Assembly: GCA_030765555.1 (NCBI GenBank)
Contig: JAVCCI010000027.1
Location: 1-42,295, forward strand
Origin: Candidatus Kappaea frigidicola
GTDB taxonomy: Bacteria; Omnitrophota; Gorgyraeia; JAGLLT01
DNA length: 42,295 nt
Direction of reading: 5' to 3'
Shown piece by piece: positions 7,456 through 17,614 of the stretch (within the stretch, counting starts at the first letter, position 1; each line of letters opens with the position of its first letter). The translations under genes and the position numbers were made by a program. Below the pieces are notes generated by a model that saw only the letters and a program-made list of their open reading frames with translations, searched no databases and was not told the DNA's origin.

Positions 7456-8460
7456 ATGCTTAAGGAGATAAAAGAATTACAGAAAGCTGCTTTTTCTGAG
7501 CTTGATAAAGCTCAATGCTTAAAAGATATAGAAAAAATAAGAATAAAATATTTAGGAAGAAAGAGTAAGCTTAGTCAAATTTTAAAAGGCCTCAAAGACT
7601 TAACGGCTGAACAAAAAGCAGACGTTGGTAAAGCTGCTAATGTTTTAAAGCAGAAGATTAATAAGGAAATTGAGGCCAATATAAGTGCATCTAATGAATC
7701 TAGCTTAGGAGCTAATATTGATGTTACAACCCCAGGCATTAAAAATGCATGTGGTCATCTGCACCCAATTACGAAAACTATATATGAAATATGTGATGTT
7801 TTTGTGTCCTTAGGCTTCAATGTGGTAGAGGGGCCCGAAGCAGAGAAAGAGCGTTATAATTTTGAAGCGCTGAATATTCCTCTTGATCATCCAGCTAGAG
7901 ATGCTTTTGATACATTTTATATTAAAGATGATCTTCTCTTGCGTTCGCATACTTCCCCTGTTCAAGCTAGAGTAATGGAAAAAGAGTCACCTCCTCTTGC
8001 TATCATTGTACCCGGCAAGGTCTACAGGCCGGATGCTGTAGATGCCACCCATTCGTTTATGTTCCATCAAGTAGAAGGCCTCTTAGTGGATAAGAATATA
8101 ACTTTTTCAGATTTAAAAGGAACTCTTTCTGTTTTTGCTAGAAAGATGTTTGGTAAGGATGTTAAAGTAAGATTTCGACCTCATTTCTTTCCATTTACAG
8201 AACCAAGTGCCGATTTAGATGTTTCCTGTTTTGTATGTAATCAGAAAGGTTGCCGTGTTTGTTCTAATACCGGGTGGCTTGAAATAGGTGGTGCTGGTAT
8301 GGTTGATCCAGAGGTTTTTAAAGTTGTAAAGTATGATTATAATGAGTTTAGTGGATTTGCTTTTGGTATGGGTGTGGAAAGAATAGCTATGTTGAAATAT
8401 GGTGTAAATGATATTAGATTATTTTTTGAAAATGATTACAGATTTTTAAAACAATTTTAA
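7456..8460 (+). CDS. pheS: Phenylalanine--tRNA ligase alpha subunit
   Basis: GHLHPI, HPARD, LRSHTSPVQ, FHQVEG, FPFTEPS, GFAFGMGVER. Confidence 0.98.
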   Translation: MLKEIKELQKAAFSELDKAQCLKDIEKIRIKYLGRKSKLSQILKGLKDLTAEQKADVGKAANVLKQKINKEIEANISASNESSLGANIDVTTPGIKNACGHLHPITKTIYEICDVFVSLGFNVVEGPEAEKERYNFEALNIPLDHPARDAFDTFYIKDDLLLRSHTSPVQARVMEKESPPLAIIVPGKVYRPDAVDATHSFMFHQVEGLLVDKNITFSDLKGTLSVFARKMFGKDVKVRFRPHFFPFTEPSADLDVSCFVCNQKGCRVCSNTGWLEIGGAGMVDPEVFKVVKYDYNEFSGFAFGMGVERIAMLKYGVNDIRLFFENDYRFLKQF

Positions 8461-8639
8461 ATGAAGACGCAATTTATGGAATGTAATAAACATAAACTGC
8501 TTGTCTGAATTTACCTCGCATTCAGAAATTGGGTGTAGTGGCAAATGAAGACGCAATTTATGGAATGTAATAAACATAAATTGTATATCTGAATTTATCC
8601 CGAAAAGTGTGCTTCTTTGAGGGAATCTATAATCGGGAT
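8459..8639 (+). repeat. Tandem duplication (84-bp period) of a palindromic repeat unit, family 2
   Basis: 38 identical bp at 8459-8496 and 8543-8580, similarity continues about 17 bp; ATCCCGA...TCGGGAT hairpin 8597-8639. Confidence 0.85.
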
Positions 8640-8702
8640 GTATGTTTTTTTGTATAGTTTTATAATTATTTATTAAGTTATTCACTTAATAAGGAACTCA
8701 AA

Positions 8703-10772
8703 ATGCTAATAAGTTATAATTGGTTAAAAGATTTTACGAATATTAAGGATAGTCCTGAAAGACTTGCCCATATGCTTACTATGGCTGGAATAGAAGTGAG
8801 TTCACTTGAAAAAATAAATGACGATTTCATTTTTGATGCAGAAATTACGCCAAACAGACCAGATTTATTATGCACAAAAGGAATTGCCAGAGAAGCCGCT
8901 TGTTTAATGCATAGTGAGTTTAATGATCCTTTTAGTTTTAGCGTAGAAGACAGGCCTTCTGGCAGTAGTATTGATCTTGAAATTAGACAAAAAGAAGTTT
9001 GCTCTAGGTATAGTGCAACTCTTATTAAAGATATTCAGGTTAAGGTATCGGATGAAAAAATTACAAGACGTCTTTCGGCGCTAGGTTTGAGGCCAGTCAA
9101 CAGCATTGTTGATATAACTAATTACTTTCTTTTGGGCTGGGGTCAGCCTATGCACGCCTTTGATTATGATAAAATAGAGGGTCATAAAATCATTGTTCGT
9201 TATGCTAGGAAAGGCGAAAAGCTTTTAGCTTTAGATGGAAAAGAGTATGAATTAGATGAAACTATATTAATTATTGCCGACGCAAAAAAACCCATTGCAA
9301 TTGCTGGGGTAATAGGGGGCGTCAATACAGAAATTGGTTTGGAAACAAAAAATGTGTTATTGGAATGTGCTAGCTTTGACTCTATTCAAATAAGAAAGGC
9401 CGCGCGAAAATTAGGAATTTCAACTGATTCATCATATAGATTTGAAAGAGGTGTTCCCATTGCCTCTGTGGGTGAAATATCTCTGGCGGCTGCATCTTTC
9501 ATTCAGCAAAAAGCTGGTGGTAAAATCACCGATAATATAGACATATCTAGTCTTGAGTCAGAAAAAATTACCTGCACTTTAAGGCTTTCTGAGATTGAAA
9601 GAATTTTGGGAATTGTCATTTTGCAGGATGATGTTAAGAGAATTTTAGTTTCACTTGGCTTTGCCATAGAAAATGAGACTCAAGGTTCTATGGATGTTAC
9701 CTCACCCTATTTTAGGGAAGATGCTAAGCGAGAGATAGATTTAATAGAAGAAATTGCACGTATATATGGATACGATAAAATGCCATCAACAATTGCTAAG
9801 GTGAGCAGCAGAGAGATTAGCAAATATAAATCATTATCAGGGATAATTGATGAAACAACAAGATTTACAATTAAGAAAAAAATTTGCCAGGCATTATGTG
9901 CTTGTGGCTTAAATGAAGTAATTACTTATAGCATGATTAGTGATAAGGAATCAGCTGTTTTTAGTTATAAATCTGATGAAATTGTTAAGCTTCAAAAGGC
10001 TCTAAGTAGCCAGCAGGAAGTAATGCGACCAACTCTTTTAAGTGGCCTTATGCAGGCGTTAAGCTGGAATATTAATAGGCAAATGGATGATATTGGTGTT
10101 TTTGAATTAGGGGATGTATTTGTAAATCAAAATCATAAATTTTCTGAAAAATTAAATGTAGCTTTTGGTTTATGTGGTAAGAAATATATAAGTGATTGGA
10201 AGCACAAACCCAAAGAAGTTGATTTTTATGATTTAAAAGGTATTCTTGAAAATTTATTTGAAACCTTAGGTATTGAGGAAGTTAAATTTTTAGAATGCAA
10301 AGATTCATATTTTTTAAAAGGTGAGAGGGCTAAAGTTAGTTATAAAAATAAAATTATTGCTAAATTTGGCAAACTTACCAAGGAAGTTGTTTCTATATAT
10401 GATGTTGATAAAGATGTTTATGTAGCTGAAGTATATTTAGAAGATATACTTGGCGATGTATGTTTAGAAAAGAAATTTGAACCTATAGCAAAATTTCCAG
10501 CTGTCATTAGAGACTTAGCCGTAATTGTAAAAACTGGTTTGTCGACGAAAGAAATTATTGATGAGATTAAGAAGACGGGCAAGCATCTCATTAAAGAGGT
10601 TAGTTTATTTGATGTTTATGAAGGCAAGCAGATACCTGCTGGGTATTTAAGCTTGGCTTTTTCTATTAAATATCAGGCTGAAGACAGAACTTTAGTTGAT
10701 GAAGAAGTTGACGAAATTCAAACTCAGATTCAAAAAGTTTTAGTTGAAAATCTTAAGGCTCAAATTAGGTAG
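8703..10772 (+). CDS. pheT: Phenylalanine--tRNA ligase beta subunit (short form lacking the B2 OB-fold)
   Basis: MLISYNWL, ITPNRPD at about residue 50, GQPMHAFD, SYRFERG, DLIEEIAR, C-terminal FDX-ACB domain. Confidence 0.97.
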   Translation: MLISYNWLKDFTNIKDSPERLAHMLTMAGIEVSSLEKINDDFIFDAEITPNRPDLLCTKGIAREAACLMHSEFNDPFSFSVEDRPSGSSIDLEIRQKEVCSRYSATLIKDIQVKVSDEKITRRLSALGLRPVNSIVDITNYFLLGWGQPMHAFDYDKIEGHKIIVRYARKGEKLLALDGKEYELDETILIIADAKKPIAIAGVIGGVNTEIGLETKNVLLECASFDSIQIRKAARKLGISTDSSYRFERGVPIASVGEISLAAASFIQQKAGGKITDNIDISSLESEKITCTLRLSEIERILGIVILQDDVKRILVSLGFAIENETQGSMDVTSPYFREDAKREIDLIEEIARIYGYDKMPSTIAKVSSREISKYKSLSGIIDETTRFTIKKKICQALCACGLNEVITYSMISDKESAVFSYKSDEIVKLQKALSSQQEVMRPTLLSGLMQALSWNINRQMDDIGVFELGDVFVNQNHKFSEKLNVAFGLCGKKYISDWKHKPKEVDFYDLKGILENLFETLGIEEVKFLECKDSYFLKGERAKVSYKNKIIAKFGKLTKEVVSIYDVDKDVYVAEVYLEDILGDVCLEKKFEPIAKFPAVIRDLAVIVKTGLSTKEIIDEIKKTGKHLIKEVSLFDVYEGKQIPAGYLSLAFSIKYQAEDRTLVDEEVDEIQTQIQKVLVENLKAQIR

Positions 10773-10782
10773 AGCGCCCATC

Positions 10783-10811
10783 TTGATTTTGAACATTCGA
10801 TATGATATCAT
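10783..10811 (+). promoter_or_regulatory. Sigma70-type promoter of the 6S RNA
   Basis: TTGATT, 17 bp, TATCAT with TGn extension. Confidence 0.65.
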
Positions 10812-10818
10812 TTAAGCA

Positions 10819-10982
10819 GGAAAACAATTCCCTGCCTTGTGCGTGAAGGGCGCATAGGTTTGAGCCAACACCATTTTAAGGGGAACCTAACTTCATGATG
10901 CCTGAGGGCAGAATGAGAGGGTGCCCACTTAGTAGATTGGGTTCAAAACTATCACTTTCTCACGGCTATGGCGGGGATTTTT
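10819..10982 (+). ncRNA. ssrS: 6S RNA
   Basis: GC-rich rod: TTCCCTGCCTTGTGCGTGA pairs with TCACGGCTATGGCGGGGAT, TTTGAGCC pairs with GGTTCAAA, central bubble; own promoter; typical position after pheT; ends approximate. Confidence 0.8.
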
Positions 10983-10989
10983 TTATATT

Positions 10990-12384
10990 ATGGACCTTTT
11001 TAAACAAACTACAATAAATAATAATTCCTCTGATCCACACATTCCTTTGGCAAACAGGATGAAACCTACTTGCCTGAAAGATTTTGTTAATCAAAAGCAT
11101 ATTCTAGCAGAAGGCAAACCACTTTTCAGAGCTATTAAGGCTGATAGATTGTCATCACTCATTTTTTATGGTCCTCCAGGGGTTGGCAAAACCGCTCTAG
11201 CTTATATTATCAATCATGAAACTAAAGCTTATTTTCATCGCTTAAATGCTGCTATCTCATCTGTAAAAGAGTTAAAAGAAGTTATCATGGTGGCTAGAAA
11301 GAGAAAAAGAAATGATGGCCAGCGAACTACTGTATTTATTGATGAAATTCACCGTTTTAATAAAGCTCAACAAGATGTTCTATTGCCCGATATTGAGGAG
11401 GGCAACATAGTTCTTATTGGTGCTACTACTTATAACCCCTTTTTTAGCATAATACCTCCTTTATTATCAAGGTCAGAAATTTATGAGCTAAAACCCTTGA
11501 AAGAAAATGACATAGAATTAATAATAGAAAGAGCCATAGAAAATAAAGAAAGAGGTTTGGGTAATTTAAAAGTAAATCTTGATTCTGAAGCTAAAAGAAT
11601 TATTATGAAAGTCTCCGATGGAGACGCTAGAAGGGCTTTAAATATACTTGAAGTGGCAGCGTTAACTACTCCGGCTGATAAGAAAGGTGTTATTAATATT
11701 ACTCGTAGAGTTGCTGAAGAGTGTATAGGTAAAAAGATTGTGCTTTATGATAAAAAAGGCGATTCTCATTATGATACAATTTCTGCATTTATTAAAAGTA
11801 TGCGTGGTTCTGATCCCGATGCCGTTGTTTACTGGTTAGCAAAAATGATTTATGCCGGGGAAGATATCAGATTTATAGCTCGCCGGATAGTAATTTGTGC
11901 TGCTGAAGATGTAGGCAATGCTGACCCCCAAGCATTAATTTTAGCTCAAGCAGCTATGCAGGCAGCGATGAATATAGGGCTTCCGGAAGCGCGAATTATT
12001 TTATCGCAAGCAGCTATATATGTAGCTTGTGCAGCTAAAAGTAATGCTAGTTATTTGGCTATAGATAAAGCTATTGAAGATGTATCTAATAATAAACTTC
12101 TACAAATACCAAACCACTTAAAGGGAACTGGATATAAGGGTGCTAAAAGTTTAAAAAGAGGAGAGGGCTATGTTTATCCTCATAGCGAACCTCAGGCGGG
12201 AGTTGATCAAGAGTACTTACCTTGTAAGAATAGATACTATTTTCCTAAAAATAGCGGCTTTGAGAAGATTTTTGTTAAAATATTAGAAGAAAAGGAACGA
12301 ATAATTAAACATCTATCTAAAAATGATCAAGGTGTGAATTATGAAGTTCGTAAAGAAAATAAGGAGCTAAAAGATAAACTGTAA
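10990..12384 (+). CDS. rarA: Replication-associated recombination protein A (MgsA/RarA AAA+ ATPase)
   Basis: GPPGVGKT, FIDEIHRFNKAQQD, HYDTISAFIKSMRGSDPDA. Confidence 0.96.
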   Translation: MDLFKQTTINNNSSDPHIPLANRMKPTCLKDFVNQKHILAEGKPLFRAIKADRLSSLIFYGPPGVGKTALAYIINHETKAYFHRLNAAISSVKELKEVIMVARKRKRNDGQRTTVFIDEIHRFNKAQQDVLLPDIEEGNIVLIGATTYNPFFSIIPPLLSRSEIYELKPLKENDIELIIERAIENKERGLGNLKVNLDSEAKRIIMKVSDGDARRALNILEVAALTTPADKKGVINITRRVAEECIGKKIVLYDKKGDSHYDTISAFIKSMRGSDPDAVVYWLAKMIYAGEDIRFIARRIVICAAEDVGNADPQALILAQAAMQAAMNIGLPEARIILSQAAIYVACAAKSNASYLAIDKAIEDVSNNKLLQIPNHLKGTGYKGAKSLKRGEGYVYPHSEPQAGVDQEYLPCKNRYYFPKNSGFEKIFVKILEEKERIIKHLSKNDQGVNYEVRKENKELKDKL

Positions 12385-12441
12385 AGCTATAAAGTATTTT
12401 TTCTCTAAATACTTTATATAATTTAAAAAATATAAATACTA

Positions 12442-12470
12442 TTGATATATTAACAACCTTAAGTTATAAT
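12442..12470 (+). promoter_or_regulatory. Sigma70 promoter for the lpxK/LPS operon
   Basis: TTGATA, 17 bp, TATAAT. Confidence 0.65.
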
Positions 12471-12503
12471 TATATAGACAAGTAATAAATAAAATAATTA
12501 GAT

Positions 12504-12530
12504 AAAAGCCGGCAAAAAACCGGCATTTTT
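12504..12530 (+). terminator. Short terminator-like hairpin
   Basis: AAAA-GCCGG-caaaaaa-CCGGC-ATTTTT. Confidence 0.45.
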
Positions 12531-12550
12531 GTCAATTACGAGATTGAACA

Positions 12551-13594
12551 ATGAAACTAAAAGAATATTTATATCAAGTAACTATAAATGGCAAAAGGGG
12601 TCCTTTTGCTTTTTTAGTAAGATTATTTTTACTATTATTGTCTTGTATATATTTTGTTTTAGTTAAGGCGCTCGTTTTTATATATACTAGTGGGTTAACT
12701 TCGAGAGTCACTTGCAAAAAGAAGATAATTAGCATAGGCAATATAACAGCTGGTGGCACAGGCAAAACACCTTTTGAGATGTTTCTTGTTAATAACTTTC
12801 TTGCTCAAAAGAAAGTTGTTATAATTTCCCGTGGATACAATAATGACGAGCTTGATCTATTGCAGTATAATTTACCTAAGGTAAAGATACTTTCCGGGAG
12901 AAATAGAATACAGCTTATAGAAAAGGCTCAAAAAATATTTGATCCTGACATTATAATCTTAGACGATGGTTTTCAGCAGTGGCGTATAAAAAAAGATATT
13001 GAAATTGTACTTATAGATTCATCGAATCCTTTTTCTAATAATAAGTTATTGCCTGCTGGATTATTAAGAGAGCCTTTGAGTAGTCTTAGTAGGGCTGATA
13101 TTTTCGTTTTAACTAAGGCTGATGAATGCCCTGAAGGTTTAACTTCAATTAGGAAATTAATACAAAATATTAACCATGAAGCTTTGGTGCTTGAATGTAA
13201 CCATAAAGCTTCTGAGATATATGAGCCGATTAGTAAAAATAATTTAAATATAGAACTGCTTAAAAATAAAAAGGTGTTCACATTTTGCGCTATTGGATCT
13301 GCTGAATCTTTTAGAAGAACGCTTAAAAATTTAGAAGTAAATATAGTCGGCTATAAAGATTATCTTGATCACCATCAGTATACTAATAATGATATTGATA
13401 TTATCATCCGTGCTGCCGCTGCTTCTAAGACAGAAGTAATTATTACAACAGAAAAAGATTGGATGAGATTAGATGCTAATATGATATGGCAATTATCGAA
13501 TGGCCACAAATTTTATTTGCTTAAAATTGATATAGAGCTTATAGGTAAAAAAGAAATACTAAATGAAAAACTATCTCAGTTATTTAATCATTAA
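12551..13594 (+). CDS. lpxK: Tetraacyldisaccharide 4'-kinase
   Basis: SIGNITAGGTGKTP, SRGY, LDDGFQ, LLPAGLLRE, TTEKD. Confidence 0.95.
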   Translation: MKLKEYLYQVTINGKRGPFAFLVRLFLLLLSCIYFVLVKALVFIYTSGLTSRVTCKKKIISIGNITAGGTGKTPFEMFLVNNFLAQKKVVIISRGYNNDELDLLQYNLPKVKILSGRNRIQLIEKAQKIFDPDIIILDDGFQQWRIKKDIEIVLIDSSNPFSNNKLLPAGLLREPLSSLSRADIFVLTKADECPEGLTSIRKLIQNINHEALVLECNHKASEIYEPISKNNLNIELLKNKKVFTFCAIGSAESFRRTLKNLEVNIVGYKDYLDHHQYTNNDIDIIIRAAAASKTEVIITTEKDWMRLDANMIWQLSNGHKFYLLKIDIELIGKKEILNEKLSQLFNH

Positions 13595-15506
13595 ATGTTG
13601 CTTAGTAATTTTACGCATCCTTCCCATGAAAATGTCTCAAATTTTGGGAAGAATTCTGGGTTATTTGGCCTGGTCTTTATCTGGTAAGCAAAAAAGAATT
13701 TCCTATAAAAATCTAAGGGCTGCTTTTTATAAGAAGAAGGATGTTGGTGTGCTGAAGAATGTTGTTTGGTCTATGTATCAACATCTAGGGTTATCTTTTG
13801 TGGAAATAGCGCGCTTCGCTGAATTAGACAAAACCTATCTTAATAAGCATATTAATATATCAGGCCTTGAATATGTAGAGCAAGAAAAGGATAAAGAAAA
13901 AGGTATAATATTTCTTACTGCTCATTTTGGAAATTGGGAGCTTTCCTCTCAAATCGTTAGTATCTTAGGATATCCTACTAAAGTTTTAGCCCGTCAGCAA
14001 AAAACAACTCTAATAGATGAAATATTAAACAAGTATAGAAGTCTTCATGGCTGCACAGTTGTAACTAAGGGTGCTAATCTAAAAAATGCCTTAAGAACGT
14101 TGCGCGATAAAGAGGATTTAGGTATGTTGGCAGATGAAGATGTGAAGAAGGACGGGCTTAATGTTAATTTTTTTGGTAGGACTGTTTCGGCTCCTCAGGG
14201 CCCCATGTCAATAGCTTACAGAACAAAAAGTCCTATTATCTTTAGTTTCTTAAAACGAATTAGTGGATTTAATCATGAGCTCATAATGCAACAAGCGTTT
14301 TACATTAAAGACGAAGATGATGTACAGAAGGGACTACAACTTTATTGTGATAGACTTGCTAGTTTGATTGAAGATTGCCCGGAGCAATGGCTTTGGCTGC
14401 AAAAGAGATGGCGTTCAAGCAGAGAACGTAATATTGTTGTTCTTAGTGATAATAAGGCTGGTCATTTGAATCAGAGCAAAGCTGTCGCTTTTTGGCTGAA
14501 AGAAGAGCTTAACAAAAAAGGATTAAAGGTTTCTTTGCCTTATCAGAGCGAAGAAGAGATAAAAATAGTAAAACCAAACTATCGATATAAATGGTGTCCA
14601 GTATTTTTGAATATAGTTTTGCTATCTAAGCTTTATAAGTTTTTTCCTGAAAAATTACTTAGTTATTGCCTTACAAAGAAAAGCTTTCAGGAGCTTAGTC
14701 AACTACCTGTTGATTATTTAATTTCTTGCGGGAATAGTCTTAGTGCTCTGAATGTAATTATTAAGTATATAAATCTATCTAAAAATATTATCATCATGAA
14801 GCCAACATTGCCCATTAGTAATTTTGATTTAGCTATCATTCCGGAGCATGATGAAACATCAAATGCAAATAATGTGGTTATTACACAAGCAACACCAAAT
14901 ATTATAGATCGTCAACTTAAAGTTGAGGGTGATAATAAGATAAAGAACAAACTTGATAAGCACAAGAAGACGTTGTCTTTATTTTTTGGTGGAGATGCTC
15001 AGTTTTTCAAATACCAAGATAATTATTTGCAGAATTTAATTTCGATACTAAAACAAACATGTAATGATGAAGATCTTAATCTTTTAATCACTACTTCGCG
15101 CAGGACTTCAAAGTCGAATGAGTTAATTTTCAAGCAAGAACTAGCTAATTATAATAAATGTAGATATCTTGTTATCGCAAACAAGGATAATCCAGTAGGT
15201 TCAGTAGTCTCAATGCTGGCTGCCAGCGATATCGCTTTAGTGACTTTTGATAGTGTTTCTATGATTAGTGAAGCTGCAAGCTCAAATAGTCATGTAGTTG
15301 TGGTTTTGCCCGATGCTTTGGATAAATTAAAAGGATTTACAAAGCATAAAAAATTAATTAATAATTTTGCTAATAAAGGATTTGTAAGCATAGCCGCAAT
15401 GGATGAAATAAAAAGAGTTATAAGAGATAAGCTTTATCAAAAAGAAAAAGCTAAGGTTTTAAATGAGGAGCTTCAAGTTAAAGAGGCCATGGGCAAGATA
15501 GTATGA
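13563..15506 (+). CDS. Lipid A acyltransferase (LpxL/HtrB family) fused to an ELM1/GtrOC1-family domain
   Basis: N-half TAHFGNWE and PEQWLWLQKRW; C-half SDNKAGHLNQS, IIPEHD, TTSRRT, VTFDSVSMISEA. Confidence 0.88.
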   Translation: MKNYLSYLIIKCCLVILRILPMKMSQILGRILGYLAWSLSGKQKRISYKNLRAAFYKKKDVGVLKNVVWSMYQHLGLSFVEIARFAELDKTYLNKHINISGLEYVEQEKDKEKGIIFLTAHFGNWELSSQIVSILGYPTKVLARQQKTTLIDEILNKYRSLHGCTVVTKGANLKNALRTLRDKEDLGMLADEDVKKDGLNVNFFGRTVSAPQGPMSIAYRTKSPIIFSFLKRISGFNHELIMQQAFYIKDEDDVQKGLQLYCDRLASLIEDCPEQWLWLQKRWRSSRERNIVVLSDNKAGHLNQSKAVAFWLKEELNKKGLKVSLPYQSEEEIKIVKPNYRYKWCPVFLNIVLLSKLYKFFPEKLLSYCLTKKSFQELSQLPVDYLISCGNSLSALNVIIKYINLSKNIIIMKPTLPISNFDLAIIPEHDETSNANNVVITQATPNIIDRQLKVEGDNKIKNKLDKHKKTLSLFFGGDAQFFKYQDNYLQNLISILKQTCNDEDLNLLITTSRRTSKSNELIFKQELANYNKCRYLVIANKDNPVGSVVSMLAASDIALVTFDSVSMISEAASSNSHVVVVLPDALDKLKGFTKHKKLINNFANKGFVSIAAMDEIKRVIRDKLYQKEKAKVLNEELQVKEAMGKIV

Positions 15507-17614
15507 ACATATTGCAAATATTACCAAATTTAAATACTGGTGGAGTTGAGACTGGAACAGTTGATTTAGCAAAGAAACTGATTTTGGCTAAACATAAGGC
15601 GGTAGTTGTTTCGGCTGGAGGTAAATTAGTTGATGAACTAATTTCTTCGGGTATTAGGCATTATACGTTAGCAGTGGATAGAAAATCTCCAATCAACATT
15701 ATTAAGATGTCCAGGCGTTTAGCTGAAATAATAAAAGTGGAAAAAATTGACATTGTTCATGCTAGAAGCCGAGTGCCAGCCTGGATAGCATACATTGCTT
15801 GCTATAAAACAGGATGCAAGTTTGTAACGACATGCCATGGATATTATAGTAATCATTTTTTTAGTCGTGTTATGGGTTGGGGTAGGGAAGTGATTGTGGC
15901 TAGTCATGTTATAGGTAGGCATATGATAGATGATTTTAATGTGTCCGATGAAAAGATAAAGTATATTCCGCGAGGTGTTGATTTAAATTTATTTACTTTT
16001 AATCCTAGTTATTTAAGGCAGAGAAGCCATTTTACAATTGCGATTATAGGGCGCTTGACTCCCATAAAAGGACATGCATATTTTTTAAAAGCAATTTCCA
16101 GGATTATTAGATCAATCCCGAAAGTTAAGGTTCTTATTGTTGGTGATCCTTCTCCTGGAAAGCAGGGCTATAAGTCGCAGTTACAACTTTTAATAAGACA
16201 ATTAGGTATTTCTAATTATGTAGAATTTCTTGGTCGGTGTAGTGATATTCCAGATTTGTTGGCTAATGTAGATGTAGTAGTGTTGCCCAGTATAGTTCCG
16301 GAAGCATTTGGCAGAGTAATTATTGAGGCTCAGGCGGTTGGTGTGCCGGTTATTGCTTCAAATATTGGCGGGATTTCAGAAGTTATAGATGATAAAGAAA
16401 CAGGTTTTTTGGTTCCGGCAAAAGATGTGGATGCGCTTTCTGAGGCAATGCTTAAATTGAGACAAGATAAGCAGCAAATTATTAGTGTTGTTCAAAAAGC
16501 TAGGGAAAAAATTGAAAAAGTCTATAGTTTAAAGCAAATGGCTGAAAAAACTATTGAAGTTTACGAGAAAACTCTAAAATCACTTAGAATTCTTGTTATA
16601 AAGTATAGTGCCCTAGGAGATATAATTTTAGCGATTCCCTCATTGAGAAGTTTGAAAAATAAATATCCTGATTCAAAGATATCTGTATTGGTTGATCTGC
16701 AATTTCAAGATATTCTAAAAAATTCTCCTTATGTGAATAATATTCTAGCTTACCATCTCAAGGAAGTATCAATTGTTTCTAAGGATTTCTGGCGCATAGC
16801 ATCTCACTTAAGAGATGAATCGTTTGATCTTGTAGTGGATTTGCAAAATAATTCAAAAAGTCATCTTCTTGGTTTTCTGAGTCTGTCTTCCAAGCGATAT
16901 GGGTATAAAAATAAAAAAATGGGCTTTTTAATAAATAATGGGATAAATGATAATAAAGCTAAAATTGACCCTGTAAGTCATCAGGCAAAAGTTCTTCATC
17001 TTTTAGGAGTGGATATCCTTGATAAAACACTTGAGCTTTCACCGGGAAAAGAAGAAAAAGAAAGTATAGATAAATTTCTAAATAAAGAGTGGGTGGCGGG
17101 CAGACAGTTGCTTTTCGGATTTAATATAAGTGCTAGTCATAGGTGGCAGACAAAAAGATGGCCCATAGAGAAATATGCTAAATTAGGTGATATAATATGT
17201 AAGAGACATAATGCTCGCATTTTGATTACAGGCACTAAAGATGATCTTGAGTTATCTAATAAGTTTAAGAAGTTATCAAAGACGAAACCAATTGTAGCCT
17301 GTGGGAAAACTCAACTTTTGGAATTAGCTGCTTTAATAGGTCGGTGCAAGGTTTTAGTGACGTCTGATTCGGCCCCCATGCATATTGCGGCGGCCATGCA
17401 TGTTCCTTTTGTTGCAATATTTGGCCCTACGGATCCTAAGCGCCACATGCCTGCTAACGATAATTGTGCTGTTATCTACAAAAAATTGTCTTGTAGCCCA
17501 TGCTATAAGCCTGTATGTAGTTCTAATAGGTGTCTTAAAACTGTTACAGTAGAAGAAGTAGCTAAAGCTATAGAGGAATTAATTAAAAAAAATGAAAGTA
17601 TTAATTGTAACTAG
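15503..17614 (+). CDS. GT4 glycosyltransferase fused to a GT9 heptosyltransferase-like domain
   Basis: GGVETGT, HARSRVPAW, PEAFGRVIIEA; then KYSALGDI, KRWP, DSAPMH, FGPT, CSPC. Confidence 0.9.
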   Translation: MNILQILPNLNTGGVETGTVDLAKKLILAKHKAVVVSAGGKLVDELISSGIRHYTLAVDRKSPINIIKMSRRLAEIIKVEKIDIVHARSRVPAWIAYIACYKTGCKFVTTCHGYYSNHFFSRVMGWGREVIVASHVIGRHMIDDFNVSDEKIKYIPRGVDLNLFTFNPSYLRQRSHFTIAIIGRLTPIKGHAYFLKAISRIIRSIPKVKVLIVGDPSPGKQGYKSQLQLLIRQLGISNYVEFLGRCSDIPDLLANVDVVVLPSIVPEAFGRVIIEAQAVGVPVIASNIGGISEVIDDKETGFLVPAKDVDALSEAMLKLRQDKQQIISVVQKAREKIEKVYSLKQMAEKTIEVYEKTLKSLRILVIKYSALGDIILAIPSLRSLKNKYPDSKISVLVDLQFQDILKNSPYVNNILAYHLKEVSIVSKDFWRIASHLRDESFDLVVDLQNNSKSHLLGFLSLSSKRYGYKNKKMGFLINNGINDNKAKIDPVSHQAKVLHLLGVDILDKTLELSPGKEEKESIDKFLNKEWVAGRQLLFGFNISASHRWQTKRWPIEKYAKLGDIICKRHNARILITGTKDDLELSNKFKKLSKTKPIVACGKTQLLELAALIGRCKVLVTSDSAPMHIAAAMHVPFVAIFGPTDPKRHMPANDNCAVIYKKLSCSPCYKPVCSSNRCLKTVTVEEVAKAIEELIKKNESINCN

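Noticed and set aside
8459-8597. Mini-CRISPR (two 38-bp identical repeats 46 bp apart)
   Set aside because: Only two copies, similarity extends into the supposed spacer, no cas genes, and the unit is homologous to the 30488 repeat
8446-8685. 79-aa minus-strand ORF with a repeated peptide
   Set aside because: Product of the 84-bp-period duplication (a multiple of 3); no recognisable protein features
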